From an uncultured bacterium (GTDB taxonomy: Bacteria; Muiribacteriota; UBA6191), in NCBI GenBank assembly GCA_964603885.1, contig CAZRWM010000001.1, forward strand, positions 729 through 64,728: a stretch of DNA of 64,000 bases. The letters are read 5' to 3'. This document shows, piece after piece, positions 9,971-19,272 of the stretch (its first letter is position 1; every line of letters begins with the position of its first letter). Position numbers and translations under genes: made by a program. The notes beneath the pieces were generated by a model, which saw only the letters and a list, made by a program, of their open reading frames with translations, searched no databases and had not been told where the DNA came from.

Positions 9971-10999
9971 TTAGACCGAAAATTTTCGGGCGCATATTTC
10001 CATCGACCCGTTGTATTTAGCGCTTACCTGATAATCCAGGACCTTAAAACCAATAATATCTAATAATTTTCTAAAGCTCTCATATGAAAAAAATTGTAGA
10101 TGCTCACACACACTCCACATAGGATCAGCATGATCTAATAACCTAGTGTGCGCACTATTAAAATTTGGTGTAGACAGCCACAAAATACCATCTTCCTCGA
10201 GGAGTTCGTATGCTTGCTTCATAGCTTTTAATGGTTCCGCAAAATGTTCAATAACATCACCCATCACTAGAACATTATATTTCTGATTACTTTGGAAATT
10301 GAGAAAATCACACCTGTGAACTTTTATCTTAAGTTTTTGCTCCAAAACTTGAGCATAGTAACTACGAATCTCAATACACTCCAATTGATACAGCATTTCC
10401 AATGCTACGCCTGCAAATTCACCAATACCACTTCCCACTTCAAGAATACTATCACCTTTCGCAAAGCCCATTATCCGTTTGATAATATTACACTCTTCAG
10501 AGAAAGCTTTTGGATCAGGAGTCAATAATGAGTTCATCTTAGTTTCTTTCAAAACTCGTTCTAAGTATTTAGGACGATTGTGAGCAAATAGATGATCACA
10601 TTTTTCACAATGCATCCATACTCGAACAGGGTCAAAACCAGGGGTAAAGTCATAACTTACACCAACGTTATAACATCTTTTTGCCTTAGAATGAGCGCCA
10701 CAAATAGGACAATTGTGAGTCTCGATTAGTTCTAATTTCTGATGTACATAGTTTCTGTGAGGTAAGTTCTGTGGCAAAATATTTGAAAATAATTTAGGGT
10801 CATTTTCGAACGCTAGATAGTGATGTTTTCGTGATTGTTCATAATGCTCCATACGGTTGTAAACTTGCCCCATACGAAAATGTGCAATAGCACCTAAACC
10901 TGGTTTTTCAGCTATTTTCAAATACTGTTCAATGCACGGCACATTCAAACCTTTTTGAAAAAGCTGTTCTGCTTGCTCAAAAACCTGTTGATCATTCAT
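9971..10999 (-). CDS. class I SAM-dependent methyltransferase with N-terminal TPR-like segment and Zn-ribbon
   Basis: SAM-binding motif I ILEVGSGIGEFAG, motif post-I (VLVMGDVIEH), and a CPICG...CEKCDH Cys4 cluster. Confidence 0.7.
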   Translation of the reverse strand: MNDQQVFEQAEQLFQKGLNVPCIEQYLKIAEKPGLGAIAHFRMGQVYNRMEHYEQSRKHHYLAFENDPKLFSNILPQNLPHRNYVHQKLELIETHNCPICGAHSKAKRCYNVGVSYDFTPGFDPVRVWMHCEKCDHLFAHNRPKYLERVLKETKMNSLLTPDPKAFSEECNIIKRIMGFAKGDSILEVGSGIGEFAGVALEMLYQLECIEIRSYYAQVLEQKLKIKVHRCDFLNFQSNQKYNVLVMGDVIEHFAEPLKAMKQAYELLEEDGILWLSTPNFNSAHTRLLDHADPMWSVCEHLQFFSYESFRKLLDIIGFKVLDYQVSAKYNGSMEICARKFSV

Positions 11000-11095
11000 A
11001 TGAGAATCCCCCGCAAATAATATTTGTATTAGGATATTTTAGTATATCGAATAGTCTTAATTAACATAACGAAAATGTAGCTTAAAACATACTTT

Positions 11096-12502
11096 TCATT
11101 GAGAAGATACCCGGCCACAAATTTTCCAATTTTCTTCATTAATATAATTGATATCGAATTCATCTTGAAAAATATATTCCCAATCCCCAAGGGCACTGAA
11201 TTCCTCCTTTGCATAGCCCGTCTCTTTAATGAGAAGTGGACAAAGCTCTATGGGGTGCGGAGGGTCAAGTTTCTTATAGTCTGAATAGCTTATATCCATT
11301 TTCATAATATCCGGAAATTTAGATTGGTATTCAGAAACATAGTCATGATTAGAGCGATATTTAAATATTCTAACTAACTGAAACCATCTATTTAATTTCT
11401 CAGCATAATGATTATCGACTGTTAAATCTCTCAACTCTGAGGAATTTAATCTATCTTGTCTATTAAGGGCGTAAGTGATTGGGTATATTGAATGAAAAAT
11501 ATTAATGTAAATATTGGCTAATTTATCATAGATCGATTTGATAGTTTGATCACCAGTAGCAATGTAGTATTGCCATGCTGCTTTCATTGCAAATGGAAAA
11601 CGGTCAGCTGAATCTACTTTCTCTTCTCGAAGAATATTCAACCAAGACTGCAATGTATCTTTTAGTTCTCTCAAAGCCTCGTCATCAACAGTCAAATCAA
11701 ATTGCTGTGCTGGTATCAGGTTTAGTTTTGAGCGTGCTGCAAACCAATTAAATGTCGCTTGAGCTTGCAGTCGATATCCGAGGTCATTTGCGTGTACTAG
11801 GTCATAACTCAAAAACCGTTTTGAAATTCGATTCTGTTGATTAGAAAATCCAGCTTCACTTAGAATTTTTGCTAGAGGGATAAAATTAGAATGACTCTTA
11901 AAAAAACTATTCATGAAGGTTTTTTCACCTAGAAAATAATCAATAAAATAAAGATTAAAAGATTTATTCCTTGCTAGAGTTTGTAATTCCTCAAAATAAG
12001 CCTTAGTAGCAGATTCAGACGTTTCATCCCTCATCCAGCCATACCAGAAAATCATACCTAGCTTGAGGAGTCTTACCTCAATATAATGCCCGAATATATG
12101 GAGTTTATAATTTTCATGACGCTTCCAGGAATCATTGATGCCGGTGCGCATAATAACTTTAGAACTTGGGGGAAGCAGTCTTAAAATTTCTAAGTGTTCC
12201 TTTCCTGTGGTTCCAGGGTAACCAAGATTGACCACACGAAGAGAGTTGCCACTTCGCTTCAATAAATTTTGAAATTGAGCTGGTAGTGAGTAAATTTTCT
12301 CATTAGACGCTCCGCCTCCAAAAATAGTTGAGTCGCCAACAAAAAAAATAGTTGAATCAGATTTAGCTTGTTCAATTTTACCCTCAGCCACCTTAAAGAA
12401 CTCTGGATAAGAGCCATATGGGTTTACAGTTCTTGCCAGATACTGGAGAGTAATCTCCGACATAATTATTAGGATGAAAAAACCGATCAGTACATAGCGC
12501 AT
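11096..12502 (-). CDS. membrane-anchored SGNH/GDSL-like hydrolase family protein
   Basis: N-terminal TM helix. GDS block FFVGDSTIFGG (catalytic Ser motif of SGNH hydrolases) and a downstream GxND-like block (TGINDSW). Confidence 0.55.
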   Translation of the reverse strand: MRYVLIGFFILIIMSEITLQYLARTVNPYGSYPEFFKVAEGKIEQAKSDSTIFFVGDSTIFGGGASNEKIYSLPAQFQNLLKRSGNSLRVVNLGYPGTTGKEHLEILRLLPPSSKVIMRTGINDSWKRHENYKLHIFGHYIEVRLLKLGMIFWYGWMRDETSESATKAYFEELQTLARNKSFNLYFIDYFLGEKTFMNSFFKSHSNFIPLAKILSEAGFSNQQNRISKRFLSYDLVHANDLGYRLQAQATFNWFAARSKLNLIPAQQFDLTVDDEALRELKDTLQSWLNILREEKVDSADRFPFAMKAAWQYYIATGDQTIKSIYDKLANIYINIFHSIYPITYALNRQDRLNSSELRDLTVDNHYAEKLNRWFQLVRIFKYRSNHDYVSEYQSKFPDIMKMDISYSDYKKLDPPHPIELCPLLIKETGYAKEEFSALGDWEYIFQDEFDINYINEENWKICGRVSSQ

Positions 12503-12507
12503 ATGTA

Positions 12508-13659
12508 TTATTTATTAGCCATAGCTCTGCGAGCTATAATCTGTGTAAACACTTCATATCCACATATTAAAGCGGATTCGTCAAAATCAAATGTTGGTGA
12601 ATGATGGGGAGAAAAAGTACAAGAGTCGCCTCCGACTCCAAGCAAAAAATAGCACCCTGGGGCTTCGCGGAGAAAATAACTCACATCTTCACCACCCATA
12701 CCCATGCCCTCATCAGTAACCTCAACAACACTTCCTAAATTTGCTCCAATCTCTCTTACAAGCTGACTGCACTTATGATCATTATAAATAGCTGGGTAAC
12801 CTTCAATTAGCTCAAACGATATTTTACAATCGTATTCAGACTGTAAAGATACAAATTTTTTTTGAAGACGAGACACAATAAACTCTCTTGATTCTACTCT
12901 CAGCGTACGTAATGTTCCTCCCATCTGGAGATGATCATCAATTACATTATAGGCTGATCCTGAATGAATGGTTGTAAAAGTCATGACATTACTGTCCATT
13001 GCATAAAGCTCTCTTGCTATAAGATTCTGACAATCTTGAATGATTCGAGTAGCTATCATAATAGGTTCTATGCATTGATAAGGCCTGGCACCGTGGCCGC
13101 CCTTACCCTCAATACAAATCTTGAACTCATCACAATACGCCGAGCTTATTCCGCTCTTCACTCCGAGGACACCTGATGGAAGGCGATTAGCTATATGTAA
13201 CCCATAAACCTCTGCTACATCGGGGTTCTGCATAACTCCCTCGGAAATCATAACGGAAGCACCGCCAATTTTCTCTTCTGCTGGTTGAAAAATAAACTTC
13301 AAAGGTTTTATTAATTTATCCTTATTTTTTACAGCCCATTCTAATGTGTGAAAAATTATCGACATATGAGCGTCATGTCCACAAGCATGCATCACACCAT
13401 CATGACAGGATTTATAATCGAATTCATTCTGTTCCTGAATTGGAAGCGCATCCATATCGGCTCTAAACATAATCGCTGTATCTTGAGTCAGGTTCTCACC
13501 GCCGACATTCACTACTAGCCCGGTCCCTGCACTCATTTGAGGTACCAAACCCATAGCTTCTATCTTTTCCTTTATGTAACTACTAGTAAGATGTTCCTCA
13601 AAACTTAACTCAGCAATACGATGCAAATCTCTTCTAACTTTTATGATATCTGAGAGCAT
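12508..13659 (-). CDS. M20D-family amidohydrolase (N-acyl-amino acid amidohydrolase / hippurate hydrolase-like)
   Basis: Metal-binding motifs HACGHDAH, EExGGGA-like (PAEEKIGGASVM) and the dimerisation domain. 383 aa. Confidence 0.85.
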   Translation of the reverse strand: MLSDIIKVRRDLHRIAELSFEEHLTSSYIKEKIEAMGLVPQMSAGTGLVVNVGGENLTQDTAIMFRADMDALPIQEQNEFDYKSCHDGVMHACGHDAHMSIIFHTLEWAVKNKDKLIKPLKFIFQPAEEKIGGASVMISEGVMQNPDVAEVYGLHIANRLPSGVLGVKSGISSAYCDEFKICIEGKGGHGARPYQCIEPIMIATRIIQDCQNLIARELYAMDSNVMTFTTIHSGSAYNVIDDHLQMGGTLRTLRVESREFIVSRLQKKFVSLQSEYDCKISFELIEGYPAIYNDHKCSQLVREIGANLGSVVEVTDEGMGMGGEDVSYFLREAPGCYFLLGVGGDSCTFSPHHSPTFDFDESALICGYEVFTQIIARRAMANK

Positions 13660-13727
13660 TTTTCTTCCTCCTTAATTATGATAGCAACATATTTCCTCAA
13701 AGCGAAAAATTAGACGATCACTTTCGC

Positions 13728-13760
13728 AAAAAAAAAGACCACTCCTAATTTGGAGTGGTC
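13728..13760 (-). terminator. rho-independent terminator downstream of ATP-grasp gene
   Basis: Perfect 9-bp inverted repeat gaccactcc/ggagtggtc with a 6-nt loop. On the minus strand it is immediately followed by a T9 run (A9 on the plus strand). Confidence 0.65.
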
Positions 13761-13776
13761 CATTAGTAATTTGATT

Positions 13777-15198
13777 TTAGGCAAATACAACAGTGCTTAA
13801 ATAGCGCTTAGCATTAGGCCGAAACATCGTATCCATCATATTTTTGTAATAATGAAAGAATTGTCCTTTCTCATAATCAGGAAAATCTGAATATTCGATA
13901 GCGAATTCGATGATACGATCGAAATGCTGATCGTAGAACGCAATCATCGTATCTTCCAATTCTTGAAAGTTTTCATCACAGAATTCCTGAAATTTCTGAA
14001 TCTCAAAATATTTATCGCTCATCTGTTTGTGAAAATCGAATTTATCTTGTTGACTCTTTTTAGGATTCATAAAAACTTTCGAATATTTTTCTTGTTCCAG
14101 ATCAATACCCATATTTTTCTTCGTTACCGCAACATACGAAATCCACTTAACCAGAGCACATAGCAACCAGGGAAAATGAGTATGTAACGAAGTGAAATTA
14201 GAGTCCGGACATGCATTCGCGAAATCGATAGGGTGGATGGCACCATCTTTCACGAGACACTCAAATGAATTATAAGTCCAACGATGATAGCTATTTATAA
14301 AACGCACATAGGCCTGTAAGCGCTCATATATATCAGGATCCATAACAATCTTATCGGGACTGTAATGCTCATGCAACGGCGTATCAGGCTGAAAAATCAT
14401 CGGTAAAATCATTGGCCCAATACCCATGCAACGGATAAATACGTCATAATTTTCAACCGCTTCTTGAATATGGAAAACACGACCATTAGTCTGATCATAT
14501 TTTTCGTATAGTTCTTCTAATGAATCGATTTTGAAAACGTCACTTCCACCGCCACCAAAAGCTTTTTTCAGAAAGACTGGGTATTGGTTATTAAAGTGCT
14601 TTTCCATAGTATCTGCAATATAGTTATTGCCTGGATAGAATTGTTCTCTTATTAATTGTCCACGCTTTAAATACTGCTGCATCTGTCCCATGCTTTCATT
14701 TACTTTTTGCATGTCCACAGTTTTACGTTTAGGGTCCCATCCATACTTAGTATTTTTAGTGATAAGACTTTGCTCATGACCCCACATTTCATCACGCCAT
14801 TGTTCTTCGGTGTATGGATGAAAATCAGGCATTAGCACAGTCGTTGGAAAACGATCCTTTGGATGCATTGCTCGAGCAATTAAATCATAAGTGCTATGCT
14901 TATCGAGGTTAGAAAAGGTAAGGCTGCTATTTAGTATACTAGAGCCACAATTTTGAGCCGTTTGTGCCCAACATTTGTAAAAGTCATTCCAGTGGATAGT
15001 ACGATCCACAACCACATCCGCTTGAGGAGTAACGTTAGTACCGCATTTTAGAGGCTCTGCGATAATTCGCCCCAAATCAATCCTGTATTCCTTTTTTTTA
15101 TGACGGATAACGGGATCTGCAAATTTAATGAACTCTTGCATCGCATAGCGCATACTCCAATCTTGTGAAGCCATGATACGAACTTTGATATTTTCCAT
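13777..15198 (-). CDS. ATP-grasp superfamily ligase (possibly glutathione-synthetase-like)
   Basis: Gly-rich loop VFLKKAFGGGGSDVFKI, comparable to ATP-grasp loops of GshB/RimK/eukaryotic GSS. The 473-aa size fits eukaryotic-type glutathione synthetase. Family recall only. Confidence 0.45.
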   Translation of the reverse strand: MENIKVRIMASQDWSMRYAMQEFIKFADPVIRHKKKEYRIDLGRIIAEPLKCGTNVTPQADVVVDRTIHWNDFYKCWAQTAQNCGSSILNSSLTFSNLDKHSTYDLIARAMHPKDRFPTTVLMPDFHPYTEEQWRDEMWGHEQSLITKNTKYGWDPKRKTVDMQKVNESMGQMQQYLKRGQLIREQFYPGNNYIADTMEKHFNNQYPVFLKKAFGGGGSDVFKIDSLEELYEKYDQTNGRVFHIQEAVENYDVFIRCMGIGPMILPMIFQPDTPLHEHYSPDKIVMDPDIYERLQAYVRFINSYHRWTYNSFECLVKDGAIHPIDFANACPDSNFTSLHTHFPWLLCALVKWISYVAVTKKNMGIDLEQEKYSKVFMNPKKSQQDKFDFHKQMSDKYFEIQKFQEFCDENFQELEDTMIAFYDQHFDRIIEFAIEYSDFPDYEKGQFFHYYKNMMDTMFRPNAKRYLSTVVFA

Positions 15199-15334
15199 CG
15201 TTTAACACCCTTCGTGTAAAGTTACGGTTATAAAAACTACAGAATGTTGCAACAGGTACAAAGAGCACACATACCGAATTTGTTCGTCTAAGTCAGAAGC
15301 AAATACCCCGTGCCCGTTACAGACAGGCTTGGGA

Positions 15335-15343
15335 TTATAGCAC
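15335..15343 (-). promoter_or_regulatory. candidate extended -10 promoter (TGnTATAAT) for ATP-grasp gene, giving ~140-nt 5' UTR
   Basis: Minus-strand TGCTATAAT in the 216-bp intergenic region upstream of the 15198 start. No strong -35. Confidence 0.3.
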
Positions 15344-15414
15344 CTCAAATCATTTAGCTAAAGCTGACCCTCAATTTTTATAATTCTAATATGTAAGGAC
15401 TAATCAAGAAAAAA

Positions 15415-16335
15415 CTACTTCTCAGCCCACAAAATCCCAGGCGTATCATAACCAGGTAAACCCTTCACGCAAAAACATATGTAGCGTTTATCTACCGTTT
15501 CCATGATTGCGCATAGATGAGCCTCTGCTACAAAAGGCTCCTCCACATTATTAACTCTTGGATTTCCCTGGTCATGGCTGACTTTTTTAACTTGCTGAGT
15601 ACCCTCCATTCGAGTACTAATTTGCAAAATTTGGTTATATAATCCCTCTAATTGCAACATAGTTCCAGGAATTCCTATTGCCTCCGCTGCTTGAATCTTC
15701 AGTCCAGACGTCAGTAATAAATAGCGACCAAGATGCGCCTGTGATCCAAACCGATGATCTAAATAGGACTGTAAAAGCCTTTTAAGTCTTTTATGAGCAG
15801 TATCTGCCTCCGAAAGAGATTCATCTAATAATTTCAGAAAGTCACGCCAAAAGTCACTGTTGTGAGGCTCACTAATCAATTTTGTCTCGACGATCTCCTG
15901 TAGTCGCAACAACTCGGCATTACGATCTTCAGAACTATGCATGGGAAAAAAACCTGCCCGTCCTCCTAATACGCACTCTGAAGCACCAAAGACTAAACCT
16001 AAGCCTTGTAATCCACTTCCTGCCAACACGAGACTGTAAGAACCTTTATGATCAAGTAAATAATGGTGAAGCGCTAATGCGTCAGTTCCGGGTAGATGTT
16101 GCGTTTGGAGAAAAAGATCTACCGGTTCAGAGGAAGAGCTATTTTGTAGAATCATTTCTAAAGGTTTAAGTAAATCTAGATGAATACCATCGAATGGCAA
16201 ATTTCGCATACTTATAGCTACAATCTTTCGATCTCGTATTTGTTCTAGATGTCTGAGACACTGAGAGGTTTCAGATGGTAATTGAACTGAGTCTAAGAAT
16301 GCTTTCATGATGGGGTTCATTATGATTTCTCTCAA
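15415..16335 (-). CDS. ClpP/crotonase-fold protein, putative S49/SDH-family serine peptidase-like
   Basis: Segment VLAGSGLQGLGLVFGASECVLG resembles the nucleophile-Ser helix of the ClpP/SppA fold (ClpP AASMGAFLLAAGAKGKR). Start overlaps the stop of the upstream radical SAM gene by 4 nt. Confidence 0.35.
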   Translation of the reverse strand: MREIIMNPIMKAFLDSVQLPSETSQCLRHLEQIRDRKIVAISMRNLPFDGIHLDLLKPLEMILQNSSSSEPVDLFLQTQHLPGTDALALHHYLLDHKGSYSLVLAGSGLQGLGLVFGASECVLGGRAGFFPMHSSEDRNAELLRLQEIVETKLISEPHNSDFWRDFLKLLDESLSEADTAHKRLKRLLQSYLDHRFGSQAHLGRYLLLTSGLKIQAAEAIGIPGTMLQLEGLYNQILQISTRMEGTQQVKKVSHDQGNPRVNNVEEPFVAEAHLCAIMETVDKRYICFCVKGLPGYDTPGILWAEK

Positions 16336-17432
16336 TCTAATCGCTGTAAAACTTGTTCATTTACTTGGGCTGTCGTCTTAGGAATATACGGATGAAACTT
16401 TCTCCAGTGAGAGCCCTTTTCAACGCATGAATAGCGTGGAATATTCGCATCCCATTCTTGTAGATTTTTATATAAAAAAGAATAAATTTCATCCCGTATA
16501 GGTTTAGGGTATCTATATTTGCGGTCAGGCCCCTGCACAAATTCCTGATCAAAGATTTTAATCCCTGGAAACCTCTGCCTAGCAATTCCAGCCAACCCTG
16601 GAATATAACGCAGTAATCCCAAGTGCATCCATGCTATTTCGCCCGGTTTAAATTGTTCTTTTAGGGTATTAAATAGCCCTACATAGTCTTTCTTCCAACC
16701 ATCATAATATAAAACAGGATCTATATTGAAGGCCACATGATAACCGGCAGAAATTAATTTTCGCGCTGCAGACAACCGGTCTGATAGGCCAGAGGTATGT
16801 AGTTCAATTTTACTTACAATTGTTTTCGGATTTAATGAAAAAGAAACTACGGTTCGGCCATTAGGATTTACATCTAAAAGATTTTCAATAGCGGCAGATT
16901 TCGTTTTCAGTTCAAGGTATAAATTTTTACATCCAGCAAAGTAGTTTACGAGATATTTGTTCTGATGAAGCATATTATCGAGTGCTAAAGAATCTGCAAC
17001 TTCGCCGGTACAAATCCGAATAGGTTGCTTCACGGTATTATCAAATATGTCCAGCTCAGTAAATATATTATCCAAATTACAATGTACTTGCATAACAGGA
17101 TTCGTTAAACAAGCTTGTAAAATGCAGTACGCGCAGTTGAACACGCAATTGCTCATTAGATTAATCGTATGTAAGTCGCAGCATAAATACTCTCCTGGAC
17201 TCTTTGCAGGGCAATACTTAATAACATCACCTTTGAAATTATTGAGGTATAGTAGTTTTTTTCCCGAATTGATGATCGACTTTGAATCGCTACGATCAAT
17301 AAACTTCTTGATCGCCTCAAAGCCGTCTACTTCTACTAAAGTTTGCTTAGGAAAATAATCCCGTACGTGACTGGGAACTCTCAAATCGCTTACTTCTCTA
17401 TCAATAAATATATGTTCAAACATGACCGACAT
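16332..17432 (-). CDS. spore photoproduct lyase (SplB) family radical SAM protein
   Basis: CX3CX2C radical SAM motif in NCVFNCAYCILQ (B. subtilis SplB GCMGHCHYCYLQ). C-terminal block GYHVAFNIDPVLYYDGWKKDYVGLFNTL (SplB GYPLGFIVAPIYIHEGWEEGYRHLFEKL). 366 aa. Confidence 0.8.
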   Translation of the reverse strand: MSVMFEHIFIDREVSDLRVPSHVRDYFPKQTLVEVDGFEAIKKFIDRSDSKSIINSGKKLLYLNNFKGDVIKYCPAKSPGEYLCCDLHTINLMSNCVFNCAYCILQACLTNPVMQVHCNLDNIFTELDIFDNTVKQPIRICTGEVADSLALDNMLHQNKYLVNYFAGCKNLYLELKTKSAAIENLLDVNPNGRTVVSFSLNPKTIVSKIELHTSGLSDRLSAARKLISAGYHVAFNIDPVLYYDGWKKDYVGLFNTLKEQFKPGEIAWMHLGLLRYIPGLAGIARQRFPGIKIFDQEFVQGPDRKYRYPKPIRDEIYSFLYKNLQEWDANIPRYSCVEKGSHWRKFHPYIPKTTAQVNEQVLQRLD

Positions 17433-17436
17433 TATC

Positions 17437-18300
17437 TCAATTCTCCAATATCTCCTCTACTACTTGATCTAAGTTGTGAGATTGTAAAATCTTTCTGAGA
17501 TTTTTAAAGTCCTCAACTGTCTTGATGCTCCAATTAAGCTTAAGCTCGTTAGACTCAAGGGAACGGTCCCAATCAACTTGTTTCGCCTGTAACTTCTGCT
17601 CTAAAGTTTTAATAAGCTTCTCACGCTTTGCACGATACTCAATTAGCTTCGGACTACATAATGTGTGCAAAAAAGTGATTAACTTTCGTCGATCACCCCT
17701 AAACGACTCCAAAACTCCACTATATTTTGCTGTAAACGTTTCTGAGTTAAAACCTTCTCGACGAATATACCTACCTAATGACTCAATCATATCTCGCTGC
17801 TGCGACGAACTCAGATGAAAATCAACTAAAATCTCAGCGTAACAACTACGCCATTTAAATCCATTATTGAGCATGAAGCTTAGCAAACCAGGCTCTATAA
17901 CTCCTCCGGTAATTAAATCCTGATATTTTTGAGGTAATTCCAAAATAAATCCCCACTTAGAAAGTAATTTCCTCAAATGTCCTCCAAAATATTTATGAAA
18001 AATTTGCCAGTCGAGATTAAATTCCTTAATTAAATTTTGGATACTGAAAAGGTCTTGTGGCACCAGCATCTGCTCCCAAGAATATGTATCCAAAAGATAA
18101 ATAATCAAATCAGTAAGCGAACTTTGCAAGACTAGGACTTTACTTGGATTTTGATCAAAATTATCCAACCAAAAAAAGTTTTGATCAATTTTTGCTACTA
18201 CTGGCAAATAATGGAGACGTTTCTGACCTCGCCAAGGAAAAAATCGCTGGAGAGTAGAATTTTTAATATCTTGTATGTCTTTTTGTATTTGAAATTGCAC
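17437..18300 (-). CDS. hypothetical protein, first gene of SPL-like operon
   Basis: 287-aa ORF, 4 nt upstream of the radical SAM gene on the same strand. No recognisable motif. Confidence 0.5.
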   Translation of the reverse strand: MQFQIQKDIQDIKNSTLQRFFPWRGQKRLHYLPVVAKIDQNFFWLDNFDQNPSKVLVLQSSLTDLIIYLLDTYSWEQMLVPQDLFSIQNLIKEFNLDWQIFHKYFGGHLRKLLSKWGFILELPQKYQDLITGGVIEPGLLSFMLNNGFKWRSCYAEILVDFHLSSSQQRDMIESLGRYIRREGFNSETFTAKYSGVLESFRGDRRKLITFLHTLCSPKLIEYRAKREKLIKTLEQKLQAKQVDWDRSLESNELKLNWSIKTVEDFKNLRKILQSHNLDQVVEEILEN

Positions 18301-18453
18301 TTATCTGTACCTATTGGGTGGCGGCGAGTCTAGCAGTAGAAAACAATTGTTGCAATGCCATAACTTTTCATCAAAATGCTACCGAAACTTTCTATGAACA
18401 AGTAATTTTTGTTCGTAATCTTTCATGATATAACAAATTTGAAGGCATCAAGG

Positions 18454-19272
18454 ATGATTTCGCCAAATACTAAAGTCTCCATTCTGTTTGTTTTATTTTT
18501 TACAGTTGGTGTAACAAATAACAGGGCTGATGATTTGTACAGCACTATGCACGGTTTGACCGGTGCAATAATGACTCCTTCTCCGTTTAGTCGCCGACTT
18601 GAAGAGGGTGCAGGCGTTTATTCCGTAAACTTTTTTGAACAACGAGATCCCTCTACACTTGTACAAGAACGTGGAGCACATCATTGGCTTAGCTTTAATG
18701 CCGGTATCATTAAAAATGTTGAATTCGCATCTGGGCAAGAGTTTTTTACCGGATCCGCTAATCGAAGAAGAAGATACTTTTGGAATCTTAAGTACTCCTT
18801 CCCAAACGATAGTTTACCGGCAGCTATTAGTGCAATTATTCCAGGTTCGTCTCATGATTACACCAGTATCATAGCGACATTTGGATGGAAAGCTTTCTAT
18901 GCCGGTCTTGGCACAAACGTTTCCGGAACTGAGCTTACCGAACCCAGATTACTCAGTGAACTTCCTTTTGGAGTTGCTCAATTTGGTGGCTATAGAATGA
19001 TTCGTAGAAAAGCAACTAGCGGTATGCAACAAAATGCTCTAGAGGTAGTTGGGCGACCTGACGAAATTTATCCAGTTGTAGGTGGTCAGGTGAACCTAGG
19101 GAATAATATTCAATGGCTTTATGACTACAACGGAGACATTTTCTCAAGTGGTTTTAGACTTACCTTTGATACGAGTACATTCCAAATAGTCTGGAACAGT
19201 AGCGGAGATTATGATCGACTTTTCTTGAGAAATCAGGACAATATTACGGCCAGTGCACAATATCGATTTTAA
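18454..19272 (+). CDS. putative outer-membrane beta-barrel protein
   Basis: Signal peptide MISPNTKVSILFVLFFTVGVTNN (internal Met at 18454 preferred over ORF-track start 18409). Alternating amphipathic strands. C-terminal ...AQYRF with terminal Phe typical of OMPs. Confidence 0.5.
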   Translation: MISPNTKVSILFVLFFTVGVTNNRADDLYSTMHGLTGAIMTPSPFSRRLEEGAGVYSVNFFEQRDPSTLVQERGAHHWLSFNAGIIKNVEFASGQEFFTGSANRRRRYFWNLKYSFPNDSLPAAISAIIPGSSHDYTSIIATFGWKAFYAGLGTNVSGTELTEPRLLSELPFGVAQFGGYRMIRRKATSGMQQNALEVVGRPDEIYPVVGGQVNLGNNIQWLYDYNGDIFSSGFRLTFDTSTFQIVWNSSGDYDRLFLRNQDNITASAQYRF

